Source: Candidatus Aenigmatarchaeota archaeon (GTDB lineage Archaea > Aenigmatarchaeota > Aenigmatarchaeia > PWEA01 > JAGHBM01). Taken from it: 25,301 nucleotides of DNA. The stretch is from contig JAGHBM010000003.1 of NCBI GenBank assembly GCA_021160955.1, positions 1 to 25,301 of the forward strand, given 5' to 3'. Both the position numbers and the translations under genes were made by a program. This document shows, piece by piece, positions 1-8,769 of this stretch. Within the stretch, counting starts at the first letter, position 1. Every line of letters begins with the position of its first letter. The notes under the pieces are model-generated. The model did no database searches, was not told the DNA's origin, and saw nothing but the letters and a program-made list of their open reading frames with translations.

Positions 1-815
1 CCGAATTTCCAGGGACAACCACCTCTGAGAGATCCAGAACCCAGAGATTTGATCTCCTCTATGGCGCTACCGGAGTGACAAGAACCTATTTGAAGGTATT
101 GCTCTTTAGAGGGGATTTTGTCGAGAAAATATATTATGTCTTCATAGAACTGAATTGAGTTAGAATCATCTCCGTTGAAAAAGAATAAGTCGTATCCTCC
201 ATGTCCGTTGAGAGAGATATAGACTATATCATTTTCATCTGAGATGTTGGAAATCTTGTCGACTGCTTTTACAAAGTTTTCATACGTGGCATTGGGATAT
301 CTGAGATCTATGATGTTTTGTTTTGGAATTCTCATCTTGTTGTGAAAGAAATCGTACTGTTTGTCCATCTCTTCACTTACCAGTTTACTTATAACTCCAT
401 CGAAGATTCCTAAATCAAATTTGACCGGATTTATCAACAACACGTATCTATCGTTCGGTGTGAGTGGATCAAGATGAGCAATGTTCCTCTCGAACCAAGA
501 CGTCATATTGTCGCGATCAGGATCATCACCATCCAGAAGACCATCACCGTCACAGTCTGGATTCTTTGGATCGAGACCGAGAAGATACTCCTGAAGATTG
601 GTGTATCCGTCGTGATCGAAATCATTCTTTGCATCGCTGTGATCCCATTTGTTGAGTCCATGTGCATCCTCCCAGGAATTTGGTATATCATCTAGATCGA
701 AATCGTTGTAGACGTGGAATATTTTACCGGGTAATTTTTCAACAACGTAACCAAGAGATACAGCAGGAACTCCTATGAGTAGAGCAGTAGATGCGATGGC
801 ACCAAACTTCTTCAA
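1..815 (-). CDS. Secreted/membrane-anchored clan CD cysteine peptidase (caspase/legumain C13/C14-like) with Ca-binding TSP3-like DxDxDG repeats; 3' end runs off the window
   Basis: Not in the ORF track. Hand translation from TTG at 815 (overlapping the TGA of the upstream ORF) is open to the window edge. It reads MKKFGAIASTALLIGVPAVSLG (signal/TM), then DFDHDGYTNLQEYLLGLDPKNPDCDGDGLLDGDD (repeats), then ISLNGHGG (His codon 203-201) and IGSCHSG (Cys codon 80-78), the His-Gly/Cys dyad pattern of clan CD. Confidence 0.8.
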   Translation of the reverse strand, partial: MKKFGAIASTALLIGVPAVSLGYVVEKLPGKIFHVYNDFDLDDIPNSWEDAHGLNKWDHSDAKNDFDHDGYTNLQEYLLGLDPKNPDCDGDGLLDGDDPDRDNMTSWFERNIAHLDPLTPNDRYVLLINPVKFDLGIFDGVISKLVSEEMDKQYDFFHNKMRIPKQNIIDLRYPNATYENFVKAVDKISNISDENDIVYISLNGHGGYDLFFFNGDDSNSIQFYEDIIYFLDKIPSKEQYLQIGSCHSGSAIEEIKSLGSGSLRGGCPWKF

Positions 816-1348
816 TTTCTTCTTTTTTCTGATTCTTTCTTTCCTTGAACGTAGACGGGATATGGAAGATTTAAGAATGGATCGACAAAATCTTCATCGG
901 CAACTGAACCGATCATTTCCCAGACTCTCTTATCGGGAAGATCCTCTTTTTTGAAACCGCCTTTCTTCATCCAGTTGATAACACTTTCCTTCGTGATTCC
1001 TAAGTTCTGGAGGTATTTTTTCGATTCGTCAGCAGAAATTTTGTTGAAACAAGAAACTTCATCAATAATACCGTTGTAAATAGCAGGAGCAAAATATCTC
1101 TGTGGCAAACCCATTACTTCTTCCATTCCCAAGAGGTTTTTTTGAATTGAATCGTAAAGAACTTTGGTGGCATGGCCAAGGTCTTGTTTGGGCGTTAAAT
1201 AGATTATTTCACGAGTTACATTCTTGTATTGTTCTAAATTCTCAGAATCTATTTTCTGATTTGCATGAGCTATCTTTAGCTCCCTTTCTATTAGATCTAA
1301 AGCTGCATTATATATTGGATCTTCTAAATGGGATTCCTTGAATATCAT
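812..1348 (-). CDS. Hypothetical protein (178 aa), translationally coupled to the clan CD peptidase
   Basis: Long ORF with a GGTGA Shine-Dalgarno just upstream of the ATG; its stop overlaps the next start (TTGA). No motif recognised. Confidence 0.7.
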   Translation of the reverse strand: MIFKESHLEDPIYNAALDLIERELKIAHANQKIDSENLEQYKNVTREIIYLTPKQDLGHATKVLYDSIQKNLLGMEEVMGLPQRYFAPAIYNGIIDEVSCFNKISADESKKYLQNLGITKESVINWMKKGGFKKEDLPDKRVWEMIGSVADEDFVDPFLNLPYPVYVQGKKESEKRRN

Positions 1349-1359
1349 GAAACGTCACC

Positions 1360-1405
1360 GAAACATTTATATATTGGTCAAGCACATATATAAATATTAT
1401 ATTAC
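1360..1405. promoter_or_regulatory. Divergent archaeal promoter region (TATA-like TTTATATA / TATATAAATA)
   Basis: AT-rich TATA-like boxes lie between the divergent starts at 1348 (-) and 1426 (+). Confidence 0.5.
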
Positions 1406-1425
1406 TATCTGGTGGTGAAATTATT

Positions 1426-2217
1426 ATGAAACTCTACAAAAAGAGAAGACAAAGGAGAATGTCTGGTATTGGCGGGTTCGCCACTGGATTCGCAACAAGG
1501 GCATACGTTCATGAGCCAGGACATTGGATCCCCTCTAAAATAACTGGACTAAATCCAGAGATGGAATTAGAAAGTTATGGAATAAGTGGAGGATGTGTGA
1601 AGATGAAACAAGTGAATAGCAACTTTTTGGATTCTATAATATCTGCAGGTGGTTGTGCCTTCAATTATCTGGCCGGGCTTGGGTTTGGATATGCAGCGAG
1701 CAAGTTGGACAAGAAAACACATCCAAATGAAAAAGCATTTTTGACCGGACTTTCGATATTCAACTCTGTTTATCCCGCATACTATGCGATAATAGACAAA
1801 ATGAACATAGCTGGAAACGATTTTTGGAATTTGAATCGCGATGGACTTCCGTACGAAGTAACCATTCCTTTAACAATGGTGATTTCATCGGCAATGGTTT
1901 ATTACAATTGGAAGGGTTGGAAGGATGACGTTGGGAAGATGAAGAAAAGAATAAATTACTATGGATTACCCTTGAGAGAAAAAATGGGAAAATGGAAGAC
2001 TGACAAGGAAAAAACCATAGAAGAATTGGAAAAATTTTTTGAAAGCGAAAGAAATCCGAGGAGAAAGGCCAAGAAAGCTTTTAAAAAACTGAACAAAATA
2101 GAAGTCATTGGTAACGAATACAAAGAAAAGGATTTGGAAAAATTTGGGAAGTACTTAGGATTGGATTTAGATGAGACTAAAGACTTTGTCGAAAAGTACG
2201 TTTGGGGTGAATTTTGA
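1426..2217 (+). CDS. M50-like (HExxH) intramembrane zinc metallopeptidase with a charged C-terminal domain
   Basis: YVHEPGHW motif, later IISAGG and a GND Asp-ligand-like motif, several hydrophobic segments, and a GGTGGTGA SD upstream. Confidence 0.65.
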   Translation: MKLYKKRRQRRMSGIGGFATGFATRAYVHEPGHWIPSKITGLNPEMELESYGISGGCVKMKQVNSNFLDSIISAGGCAFNYLAGLGFGYAASKLDKKTHPNEKAFLTGLSIFNSVYPAYYAIIDKMNIAGNDFWNLNRDGLPYEVTIPLTMVISSAMVYYNWKGWKDDVGKMKKRINYYGLPLREKMGKWKTDKEKTIEELEKFFESERNPRRKAKKAFKKLNKIEVIGNEYKEKDLEKFGKYLGLDLDETKDFVEKYVWGEF

Positions 2218-2263
2218 ACTAAATATTTAAATAGAATTTGAACAACTAGATGATTGATGTTAT

Positions 2264-2755
2264 ATGTATAGAATACCGAGTTCTCTGAGAGAGTTTATGA
2301 AAAAGGCAAAAGAACTGGAAGAAGAAATAGGTGTTAATTTATTTCTCAATGGAAATGAGCTATATGTAGTTGCTACGAATGAAGACAAAAGTATTAAATA
2401 TCAGGAACTAATCGGTAACGTTGAGGAAAGCTCTCTTGAATATGACCCAGACAATGGCGAAATTATTGAAGTAATAGATCCTATGAAACCGCTGCGAATT
2501 ATCGCAAGATCCAATGAAAGGATGAAAGAGCTGGTAGCATATCTCAGAGAGAATGGCGTAGATGCATACGATGTAGAAGAGAGAAAGATGGAACTGAGAT
2601 TTGTAGAGACAATAGGGAGAAGCAAGCTCAAAGAGAAGGGATTTAAAAATCTCGTGAAGGGTAAAGATGATGAAGAAATCAGAAAACTTGCAATAAAAAT
2701 TGGTATGAAAGTAATAGAACAAAATAAAGACAAAGATATTAGATGCTCCAAATGA
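2264..2755 (+). CDS. Hypothetical protein (163 aa, E/K-rich)
   Basis: Long ORF with genome-typical composition; TATA-like TTTAAATA about 35 nt upstream. Confidence 0.7.
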   Translation: MYRIPSSLREFMKKAKELEEEIGVNLFLNGNELYVVATNEDKSIKYQELIGNVEESSLEYDPDNGEIIEVIDPMKPLRIIARSNERMKELVAYLRENGVDAYDVEERKMELRFVETIGRSKLKEKGFKNLVKGKDDEEIRKLAIKIGMKVIEQNKDKDIRCSK

Positions 2756-2759
2756 AATA

Positions 2760-2767
2760 TTTAAAAA
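2760..2767 (+). promoter_or_regulatory. TATA box of fen (probably a leaderless mRNA)
   Basis: TTTAAAAA begins 27 nt before the ATG at 2787, preceded by purine-rich GAAA; no SD seen. Confidence 0.55.
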
Positions 2768-2786
2768 GCATCCGACTACTCTAATT

Positions 2787-3818
2787 ATGGGAGTTAATAT
2801 TTCGGAATTGGTTGAACCTGTGAAAAAAGAAGTTGAAATCGAAAGCCTTGTTGGAAGGAAGATAGCGATAGATGCAATGAACGTTTTGTACCAGTTCTTG
2901 TCAATCATAAGACAACCGGATGGGACGCCGTTGAAAGATTCAAAGGGTAACATCACTTCTCATCTATCCGGATTATTTTACAGGACTACAAAGCTTTTGC
3001 AGGCCGGGATAAAACCGTGTTACGTGTTTGATGGAAAGCCGCCCCAATTCAAGGAAAAGACAAATCTCGAGAGAATGGAAAGAAGGGAAGAAGCAAGAAG
3101 GAAATACAAAGAAGCTTTGGAAAGAGGCGATGTTGAGGAAGCGAGGAAATGGGCACAACAGGGTGTCAAGGTCGACGAAGACATAGTGAAGGATGCCAAA
3201 GATCTCTTGGATGCGATGGGAATACCATACATTCAGGCACCATCCGAAGGGGAAGCCCAAGCAGCTTTTCTTTGTAAGGAGGGGAAAGTTTGGGCGGCAT
3301 CATCTCAGGATTATGATTCTCTGTTGTTTGGAACACCAATACTTTTGAGGAACATAACGATAACTGGAAAGAGAAAGTTGCCAGGAAAAGAAAGTTACAT
3401 AGAAATAAAACCGGAAATGATAAGATTGGAAGATCTATTGAAACACCTTGGAATAGAAAGAAAAAAGCTGATATTGATCGGCATTCTCGTGGGAACCGAT
3501 TATGATCCCGGAGGAATAAGTGGAATTGGTCCCAAAAGAGCATTGGAACTGGTAAGGACAAAGAGTGTTGAAAAAGTTATTGAAGAAATCAAAAAAGACT
3601 GGAAATTTGACGTGAAACCGGAAGAGATATTGGAATTCTTTGAAAATCCGCCCGTAGAAAAGAATTGCGAACTCAAATGGAAAGAACCTGATGAAGAAAA
3701 AGTTAAAAAAATATTGTGCGATGAACACGACTTCTCAGTGGAGAGGGTCGAAAACACCCTGGCAAAGCTCAGAGATTCGAAGGGAACCCAAAGCAGATTG
3801 GACAGCTGGTTCAAATGA
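2787..3818 (+). CDS. fen: Flap endonuclease 1 (archaeal FEN1)
   Basis: Motifs [40 protein letters not shown] and [15 protein letters not shown]; C-terminal PCNA-binding PIP box QSRLDSWF. Confidence 0.97.
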   Translation: MGVNISELVEPVKKEVEIESLVGRKIAIDAMNVLYQFLSIIRQPDGTPLKDSKGNITSHLSGLFYRTTKLLQAGIKPCYVFDGKPPQFKEKTNLERMERREEARRKYKEALERGDVEEARKWAQQGVKVDEDIVKDAKDLLDAMGIPYIQAPSEGEAQAAFLCKEGKVWAASSQDYDSLLFGTPILLRNITITGKRKLPGKESYIEIKPEMIRLEDLLKHLGIERKKLILIGILVGTDYDPGGISGIGPKRALELVRTKSVEKVIEEIKKDWKFDVKPEEILEFFENPPVEKNCELKWKEPDEEKVKKILCDEHDFSVERVENTLAKLRDSKGTQSRLDSWFK

Positions 3819-3870
3819 CTTTAAAGAGAATAAAATTAAAGATAAATAGTTTTTTGATTTTTATATTATC

Positions 3871-4398
3871 ATGGTTGATGAAGAAGAAATGAAAAAAAGA
3901 TTAAGAGAACTGGAGGAAAAGCTAAAGGATTCTTCTATCATCAAGATATCTCCAGGGGATCTCAGTGAAGCAAAAGATCCTCTGGAACGGTATGTATCTT
4001 TTTATTTGGGTGCTTCTGCTCTCATCGGAGAGTCTGTTGGAAAGAAAGTTGGAATAGATGTGAAATCTAAAGGATGGGAATTGATAAAGGCAGGAACAGT
4101 AGCACTCGATAAACTTTTCAGAATGACAATGGAACATAGAAAAGATAAATTGTACGGAAAATTTAAGGAAGATGAAATGAGAGAAATAACAATTCTTACG
4201 GCAAAGGAGTATTTGTTGGGCAAAGGTATTCTCCCCGAAAATGAAACAGAAGAAGTATTGAAAGGTATGAAAAAATATGAAGAAGCATTTGAGAATGAAC
4301 TAAAATTCTATGAGATCGAAGAAGAAGATGATAAAATAAAAAATTACAGTATAAAGAGACATGACACTTTTAAGATTTTAGGAAAGAGCCATAAGTAA
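3871..4398 (+). CDS. Hypothetical protein (175 aa)
   Basis: Long E/K-rich ORF with a 21-nt convergent overlap with the 3' end of hppA. No motif recognised. Confidence 0.7.
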   Translation: MVDEEEMKKRLRELEEKLKDSSIIKISPGDLSEAKDPLERYVSFYLGASALIGESVGKKVGIDVKSKGWELIKAGTVALDKLFRMTMEHRKDKLYGKFKEDEMREITILTAKEYLLGKGILPENETEEVLKGMKKYEEAFENELKFYEIEEEDDKIKNYSIKRHDTFKILGKSHK

Positions 4399-6375
4399 TG
4401 GGACAAAAACCAGTGATATCATCGCCATGAGTTTTATCAAGATGTTCAAAGAAGGTCCAGAAGTATCCTTGAATGGATCACCAACTGTGTCACCAACCAC
4501 GGCTGCCTTGTGGGCATCGCTACCCTTTCCACCAAGATTTCCACTTTCTATGTACTTCTTTGCGTTATCCCATGCCCCACCCGCATTTGCCATAAAGACC
4601 GCGAGGAGAAATCCACTTGCCGTTGCACCGATTAGCATTCCACCGAGTGCCTGAGGTCCAAGTAAGAATCCGACGAGAAGGGGAGATGCTATCGCCAACA
4701 GACCTGGTAGAATCATTTCTTTCAGCGCGTGATTGGTGCTTATTTCAACACATCTCGAGTAATCGGGCTTACCCCTGCCACTGAGAAGTTTTAGTTCCTT
4801 GAACTGTCTTCTGACTTCTTCAACTATTTTTTCTGCAGTACGACCAACAGCCCTCATGGTCATGGAGGAAAACAAGAAAGGAAGCATTGCACCCAAAAAC
4901 AAACCCACGATCACAATTGGACTCGCCACCGTGAGTGAGGACGTATCCATTCCCATTGATTTGATGTAGGCAGATATTAGTGCGAGTGCGGTCAAGGCTG
5001 CAGAACCTATGGCGAATCCCTTTCCCGTTGCAGCGGTCGTGTTCCCTATTGCATCGAGGGCGTCCGTTCTCTCCCTCGTGGATTCTGGCAGGCCGGACAT
5101 CTCCGCTATACCACCGGCGTTGTCGGCAACCGGTCCATAAGCATCGGTGGAAAGTGTTATTCCAAGTGTAGATAGCATTCCTATCGCAGCGAGAGCAATA
5201 CCAAACAGACCTGAGAAATGATAAGACGAAAGTATCGCGGCCGACACAACTATTACCGGTATTACAGTGGACAACATGCCGACAGAGATTCCTGAAATTA
5301 TCACCGTTCCCGGACCGGATAAAGAAGAGTGGGCAATGAACTTGGTTTGCCCATAACTTTGAGAAGTGAAATACTCAGTGGAATAACCAATTATCACACC
5401 AGCAACTAAACCTGAGACCACGGACAGGAATATGTTCATACCATTTGGAAAGTATCTGGATAAGAGATATGTGAATATCACAACTAATATGGCGGAAGAA
5501 AAGACTCCCTTTCGCAGTGCCCACAGTAGTTTTCTTATTTCAACTTGCTCGCCGGTTCGAATGAAAAACGTCCCAATCAGTGAGGAGAGAATTCCTATTC
5601 CAGCAATTGCCAAAGAAACGTATATACCATTCATTCCCATAACGAGGTATCCAAGTATCATGGCAGAGATTATGGAACCGACATAAGATTCGAACAAGTC
5701 GGCACCCATTCCAGCCACATCGCCAACGTTGTCTCCAACTTGGTCTGCTATTACACCCGGATTTCTTGGATCATCCTCGGGAATCCCTTCTTCAACTTTT
5801 CCAACGAGATCGGCACCAACATCGGCACCCTTTGTATAAATTCCTCCACTGACCCTGGCAAAGAGAGCTATTGAAGAGGCACCAAAGCCAAAACCAACTA
5901 TGAAGTTCAGCGCACCGTTGATCCCGTTGAAATTTTTGAGCAAAAGGAAAACCAACACCAACCCAAGCAACCCGAGACCAACGACGGACATTCCCATAAC
6001 TGATCCAGAAGAGAATGCAATCCTGAGTGCCTTGTTCAAACTTTTTTCAGCAGCTTCAGATGTCCTCGCATTTGAATTGGTTGCAATTTTCATGCCAAAG
6101 TAACCTGCGGATGCCGAGAGAACCGCACCGATGAGAAAAGCAAGAGAAACCCACGGACTTATCAAAAGCCACAGAACGATGGCCATCACAATTGCATAGA
6201 TGGAAACTATCTTGTACTCACTCTTGAGGTAAGCGTTGGCACCCTCTTTTATGGCGACATTTATTTCAAGAACTTTCTTATTTGAAATGGGAATTCTCAA
6301 TATTTTGAGAGAAACCAAGAGGGAGTATATCAAAGCCAAGACAGCCATAACGATTGAAAATATCAAGAGATCCAT
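4378..6375 (-). CDS. hppA: Membrane-integral ion-pumping pyrophosphatase, K+-dependent, probably Na+-translocating
   Basis: Motifs [82 protein letters not shown] and [14 protein letters not shown]; GGTGA SD upstream. Confidence 0.97.
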   Translation of the reverse strand: MDLLIFSIVMAVLALIYSLLVSLKILRIPISNKKVLEINVAIKEGANAYLKSEYKIVSIYAIVMAIVLWLLISPWVSLAFLIGAVLSASAGYFGMKIATNSNARTSEAAEKSLNKALRIAFSSGSVMGMSVVGLGLLGLVLVFLLLKNFNGINGALNFIVGFGFGASSIALFARVSGGIYTKGADVGADLVGKVEEGIPEDDPRNPGVIADQVGDNVGDVAGMGADLFESYVGSIISAMILGYLVMGMNGIYVSLAIAGIGILSSLIGTFFIRTGEQVEIRKLLWALRKGVFSSAILVVIFTYLLSRYFPNGMNIFLSVVSGLVAGVIIGYSTEYFTSQSYGQTKFIAHSSLSGPGTVIISGISVGMLSTVIPVIVVSAAILSSYHFSGLFGIALAAIGMLSTLGITLSTDAYGPVADNAGGIAEMSGLPESTRERTDALDAIGNTTAATGKGFAIGSAALTALALISAYIKSMGMDTSSLTVASPIVIVGLFLGAMLPFLFSSMTMRAVGRTAEKIVEEVRRQFKELKLLSGRGKPDYSRCVEISTNHALKEMILPGLLAIASPLLVGFLLGPQALGGMLIGATASGFLLAVFMANAGGAWDNAKKYIESGNLGGKGSDAHKAAVVGDTVGDPFKDTSGPSLNILIKLMAMISLVFVPLLMALS

Positions 6376-6411
6376 AATATCACCAAAACAAAAGAATAAT
6401 GAAAAATATAA

Positions 6412-6419
6412 TTTATAAA
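6412..6419 (-). promoter_or_regulatory. TATA box upstream of hppA
   Basis: TTTATAAA on the minus strand, preceded by A-rich AAAAAC, 44 nt upstream of the ATG. Confidence 0.5.
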
Positions 6420-6449
6420 AGTTTTTGAAGCATCTTTTGATGGTCTACA

Positions 6450-8324
6450 TCATCCAACAAACTTAGGTCTCTTGGATAGGAGTCTTGGCAACGGAAGTGG
6501 TTTGAAGGGATAATCTTTTGTTTCGTTTTTTATCAAATTTGCCAACTCTTCTACAGACATCTCCTTGACTTCACCAGTCTCCCGGAATCTCACCGCGAGT
6601 TTTCCTGACTTTTTCTCCTTTTCACCCACGACGACGATGAACGGTATCCATTCAACTTCGGCGTCTCTTATTTTTCTCTGGACGCTCTCACTTCTATCAT
6701 CCACATCGGCGCGTATGTTCTCTTTTTCAAGTACATCAACGAGTTTCTCGCAATAATCTATGAAAGAATCATTGACGGGACAAAATCTAACTTGCGTGGG
6801 GGAGAGCCACAGTGGAAACGTTGGATTTTTCTTATCTTGAGATTCCATGTAAGCCTTTTCGAGCAATGCGTACATCACCCTTTCAATTGCTCCGGAGGGG
6901 GATAGATGAAGAATCAAGGGGTATTTCTCCTTGTTGTCCTTGTCTGTAAATTTTATATCGTATCTCTTGCTGTTCTCCACATCTATCTGATCTGTGGTCA
7001 AACAAGCGGCTTTGTCCAATGCATCGACAAAATTCCACTCATACTTCAAAACAAAATAGAAGAATTTCTCCTCCCATAGCTCTATCAACGCGGGTCTACC
7101 CCATTTCCTGACCAACTCCTTTACGAAGTCTTTGTTTTCCTCATAGAAATCCTTGACGACTCGAATGGCCAACTCAAGATCATTGGTGAGATTGAGACCA
7201 TCCTGTATTTTTTTGGCAATGTCAAATCTTCTTAGCATCTCTTCCTTTGCCTGATCGATATCTTTACAAATGGCATGGCAGTCGGGCATCGTGAAAGTTC
7301 TCAACCTTCTCAAACCAGCGAGCTCTCCTCTTTGCTCAACTCGAAAACTGTATTTTGTCAATTCGTAAAGGCTCATTGGGAGATTTCTGTAGGATATGTT
7401 TGCATTGTGAAGAATTAAAAATTGACCAAAGCATGCCGCAAACCTCAAAAATACTTTTTTGTTCGGAGTTTTTATGGTGTACTGACGTGCGGGAAACCTG
7501 TTGAGATAATTCTTCAGCGCGGGATGTTCATAATCATACATTATTGGTGTTTCAACTTCCATTGCACCACTTTTTACCATATTGGTTGTGACCCAATCCT
7601 CTATCAGTGATTTTATCAGACGTCCTTTGGGGAAAAACTTAAAGTTTCCAGGATCGCTCGCATTCTCGTAATCTGCTATTTCCATCTTTCTCATAAGTTT
7701 TATGTGTGGTGGCTCTTTATCCACAATTCTGTTCTTGGAAATCTCGTATTTGACCAACTTTTCAAATCTCGGATATTTGGAAAAATCGAATCCAGATATA
7801 TTTCCATCATCAACTTTGAGGAAGTTCTCCTTTCCGTCTGGTTCGAGAACCATCCATTCAGATTTTAGTTTTTTCTCCTTCTGGAGTGCTTCAGGAATCT
7901 TCTCTCCTTCTCCCTTTATTTCTCGACTAAGCTCTGCGAGAGGATGACCTTTAACCGATATTTCAAATGATTTGTACCATCCGAAGGGGGCTTTTTTAAC
8001 GGCATATTCTTTGCTCAACTCATCAACTATTTCATCAAGAACTTTCTTGGCAAACGTAGGAGAACTCGGATTCTTAGTTAGGTGAACATAGGGATATATG
8101 ACTATTTCTTTTGCCTTGACTTGATCGAAGACGTCGACAATTTCTTTAACGACCCCTTTGAGAACCTCTTTGGGATTTTTTTCATCCGATTCTTCTACGG
8201 CTGTGAAGATCACCAACGCTTCTTTGCTTTCCAGTAATTTTTTCTTTATCTCATCGGCATTCTTCACTGCCTTCTTCGCTGGTTCAACTTTTATATAATT
8301 TGAATGAAGACACAATATTTTCAC
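6450..8324 (-). CDS. thrS: Threonine--tRNA ligase, archaeal type with N-terminal DTD-like editing domain
   Basis: N-terminus MKILCLHSNYI (archaeal editing domain); Zn-site motifs FAACFGQF, FTMPDCH and LHLSPSGAIER; YRVEQRGEL-like motif 2 (FRVEQRGELAGLRRLRTF); anticodon-binding domain. Start moved from GTG 8333 to GTG 8324 because GAGGTG at 8336-8331 fits as the SD. Confidence 0.97.
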   Translation of the reverse strand: MKILCLHSNYIKVEPAKKAVKNADEIKKKLLESKEALVIFTAVEESDEKNPKEVLKGVVKEIVDVFDQVKAKEIVIYPYVHLTKNPSSPTFAKKVLDEIVDELSKEYAVKKAPFGWYKSFEISVKGHPLAELSREIKGEGEKIPEALQKEKKLKSEWMVLEPDGKENFLKVDDGNISGFDFSKYPRFEKLVKYEISKNRIVDKEPPHIKLMRKMEIADYENASDPGNFKFFPKGRLIKSLIEDWVTTNMVKSGAMEVETPIMYDYEHPALKNYLNRFPARQYTIKTPNKKVFLRFAACFGQFLILHNANISYRNLPMSLYELTKYSFRVEQRGELAGLRRLRTFTMPDCHAICKDIDQAKEEMLRRFDIAKKIQDGLNLTNDLELAIRVVKDFYEENKDFVKELVRKWGRPALIELWEEKFFYFVLKYEWNFVDALDKAACLTTDQIDVENSKRYDIKFTDKDNKEKYPLILHLSPSGAIERVMYALLEKAYMESQDKKNPTFPLWLSPTQVRFCPVNDSFIDYCEKLVDVLEKENIRADVDDRSESVQRKIRDAEVEWIPFIVVVGEKEKKSGKLAVRFRETGEVKEMSVEELANLIKNETKDYPFKPLPLPRLLSKRPKFVG

Positions 8325-8385
8325 GTGATTCACCTCAAATCTTATCCCCAGGGACCATAAACATCACATAACAATAATTAATAGT

Positions 8386-8393
8386 TTTTTAAA
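8386..8393 (-). promoter_or_regulatory. TATA-like box upstream of thrS
   Basis: TTTAAAAA on the minus strand, about 65 nt upstream of the thrS start. Confidence 0.4.
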
Positions 8394-8399
8394 TAAATT

Positions 8400-8480
8400 T
8401 AAAGTAAAGTAATAAAATAACAAACAGCAAAACAAAAACATAAAACTATTAAAAAAACAAAAGTAACAAAAAAGTTTTGA
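8400..8480. repeat. Low-complexity, strand-asymmetric A-rich tract (imperfect AAAAC/AAAGT units)
   Basis: aaagtaaagtaataaaataacaaacagcaaaacaaaaacataaaac... is mostly A on the + strand with very few G. Confidence 0.6.
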
Positions 8481-8481
8481 T

Positions 8482-8496
8482 AAAAATAGCCCCGTA
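8482..8496 (+). repeat. Direct repeat of the tRNA-Gln 5' end (AAAAATAGCCCCGTA; second copy 8584-8598)
   Basis: Exact 15-nt match spaced 102 nt apart, containing tRNA positions 1-9. Confidence 0.85.
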
Positions 8497-8604
8497 ACCG
8501 TAGGAAACTTTTAAAAAAGTTTCATCAAAACTTAGATGAAGGCAATTTGGCAATGAATAAAAAGACACCAACAAAAAATTATAAAAAATAGCCCCGTAGT
8601 CTAG

Positions 8605-8685
8605 GAGGCCTTTTCTTTCACAAAGAAAAGCACTCGTGGAAAAGAAACTTCCACGAATTTTGTGAAATAGGAAAGGCCTAGGCAA
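8605..8685 (+). other. tRNA intron 1 (81 nt, D-loop position 15/16)
   Basis: Central helix G10-U13 (GUCU) pairs with AGGC 8680-8683. Bulges are AG|G and AA|U. Inner helix AGGCCUUUU 8606-8614 pairs with GAAAGGCCU 8671-8679. The outer helix is absent (relaxed motif). Confidence 0.85.
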
Positions 8686-8708
8686 TGGCCAAGGATGCCG
8701 GGCTTTGG

Positions 8709-8748
8709 TTTTAAAACCAAAGCATTGAGCTTTGCAATGAAAGAAGAA
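8709..8748 (+). other. tRNA intron 2 (40 nt, canonical position 37/38)
   Basis: BHB: C32-U35 (CUUU) pairs with GAAG 8743-8746; bulges GG|U and AA|A; inner UUU/AAA; outer helix is the anticodon stem. Confidence 0.88.
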
Positions 8749-8769
8749 ACCCGGTGACCCAGGTTCGAA

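Noticed and set aside
464-695. Short ORFs 464-655, 474-695 and 503-691
   Set aside because: They are shadows of the real minus-strand protease frame; their D/H/I-rich repeats mirror its DxDxDG codons.
8497-8598. A fourth intron at tRNA position 9/10 between the two AGCCCCGTA copies
   Set aside because: The required central helix would pair CCCG with CCCG, so no BHB can form. It is a direct repeat.
8603-8682. MITE with terminal inverted repeats and an AGG target-site duplication inside intron 1
   Set aside because: The AGG repeat is explained by the BHB need for AGGC to pair with GUCU, and no transposase or second copy is present in the window.
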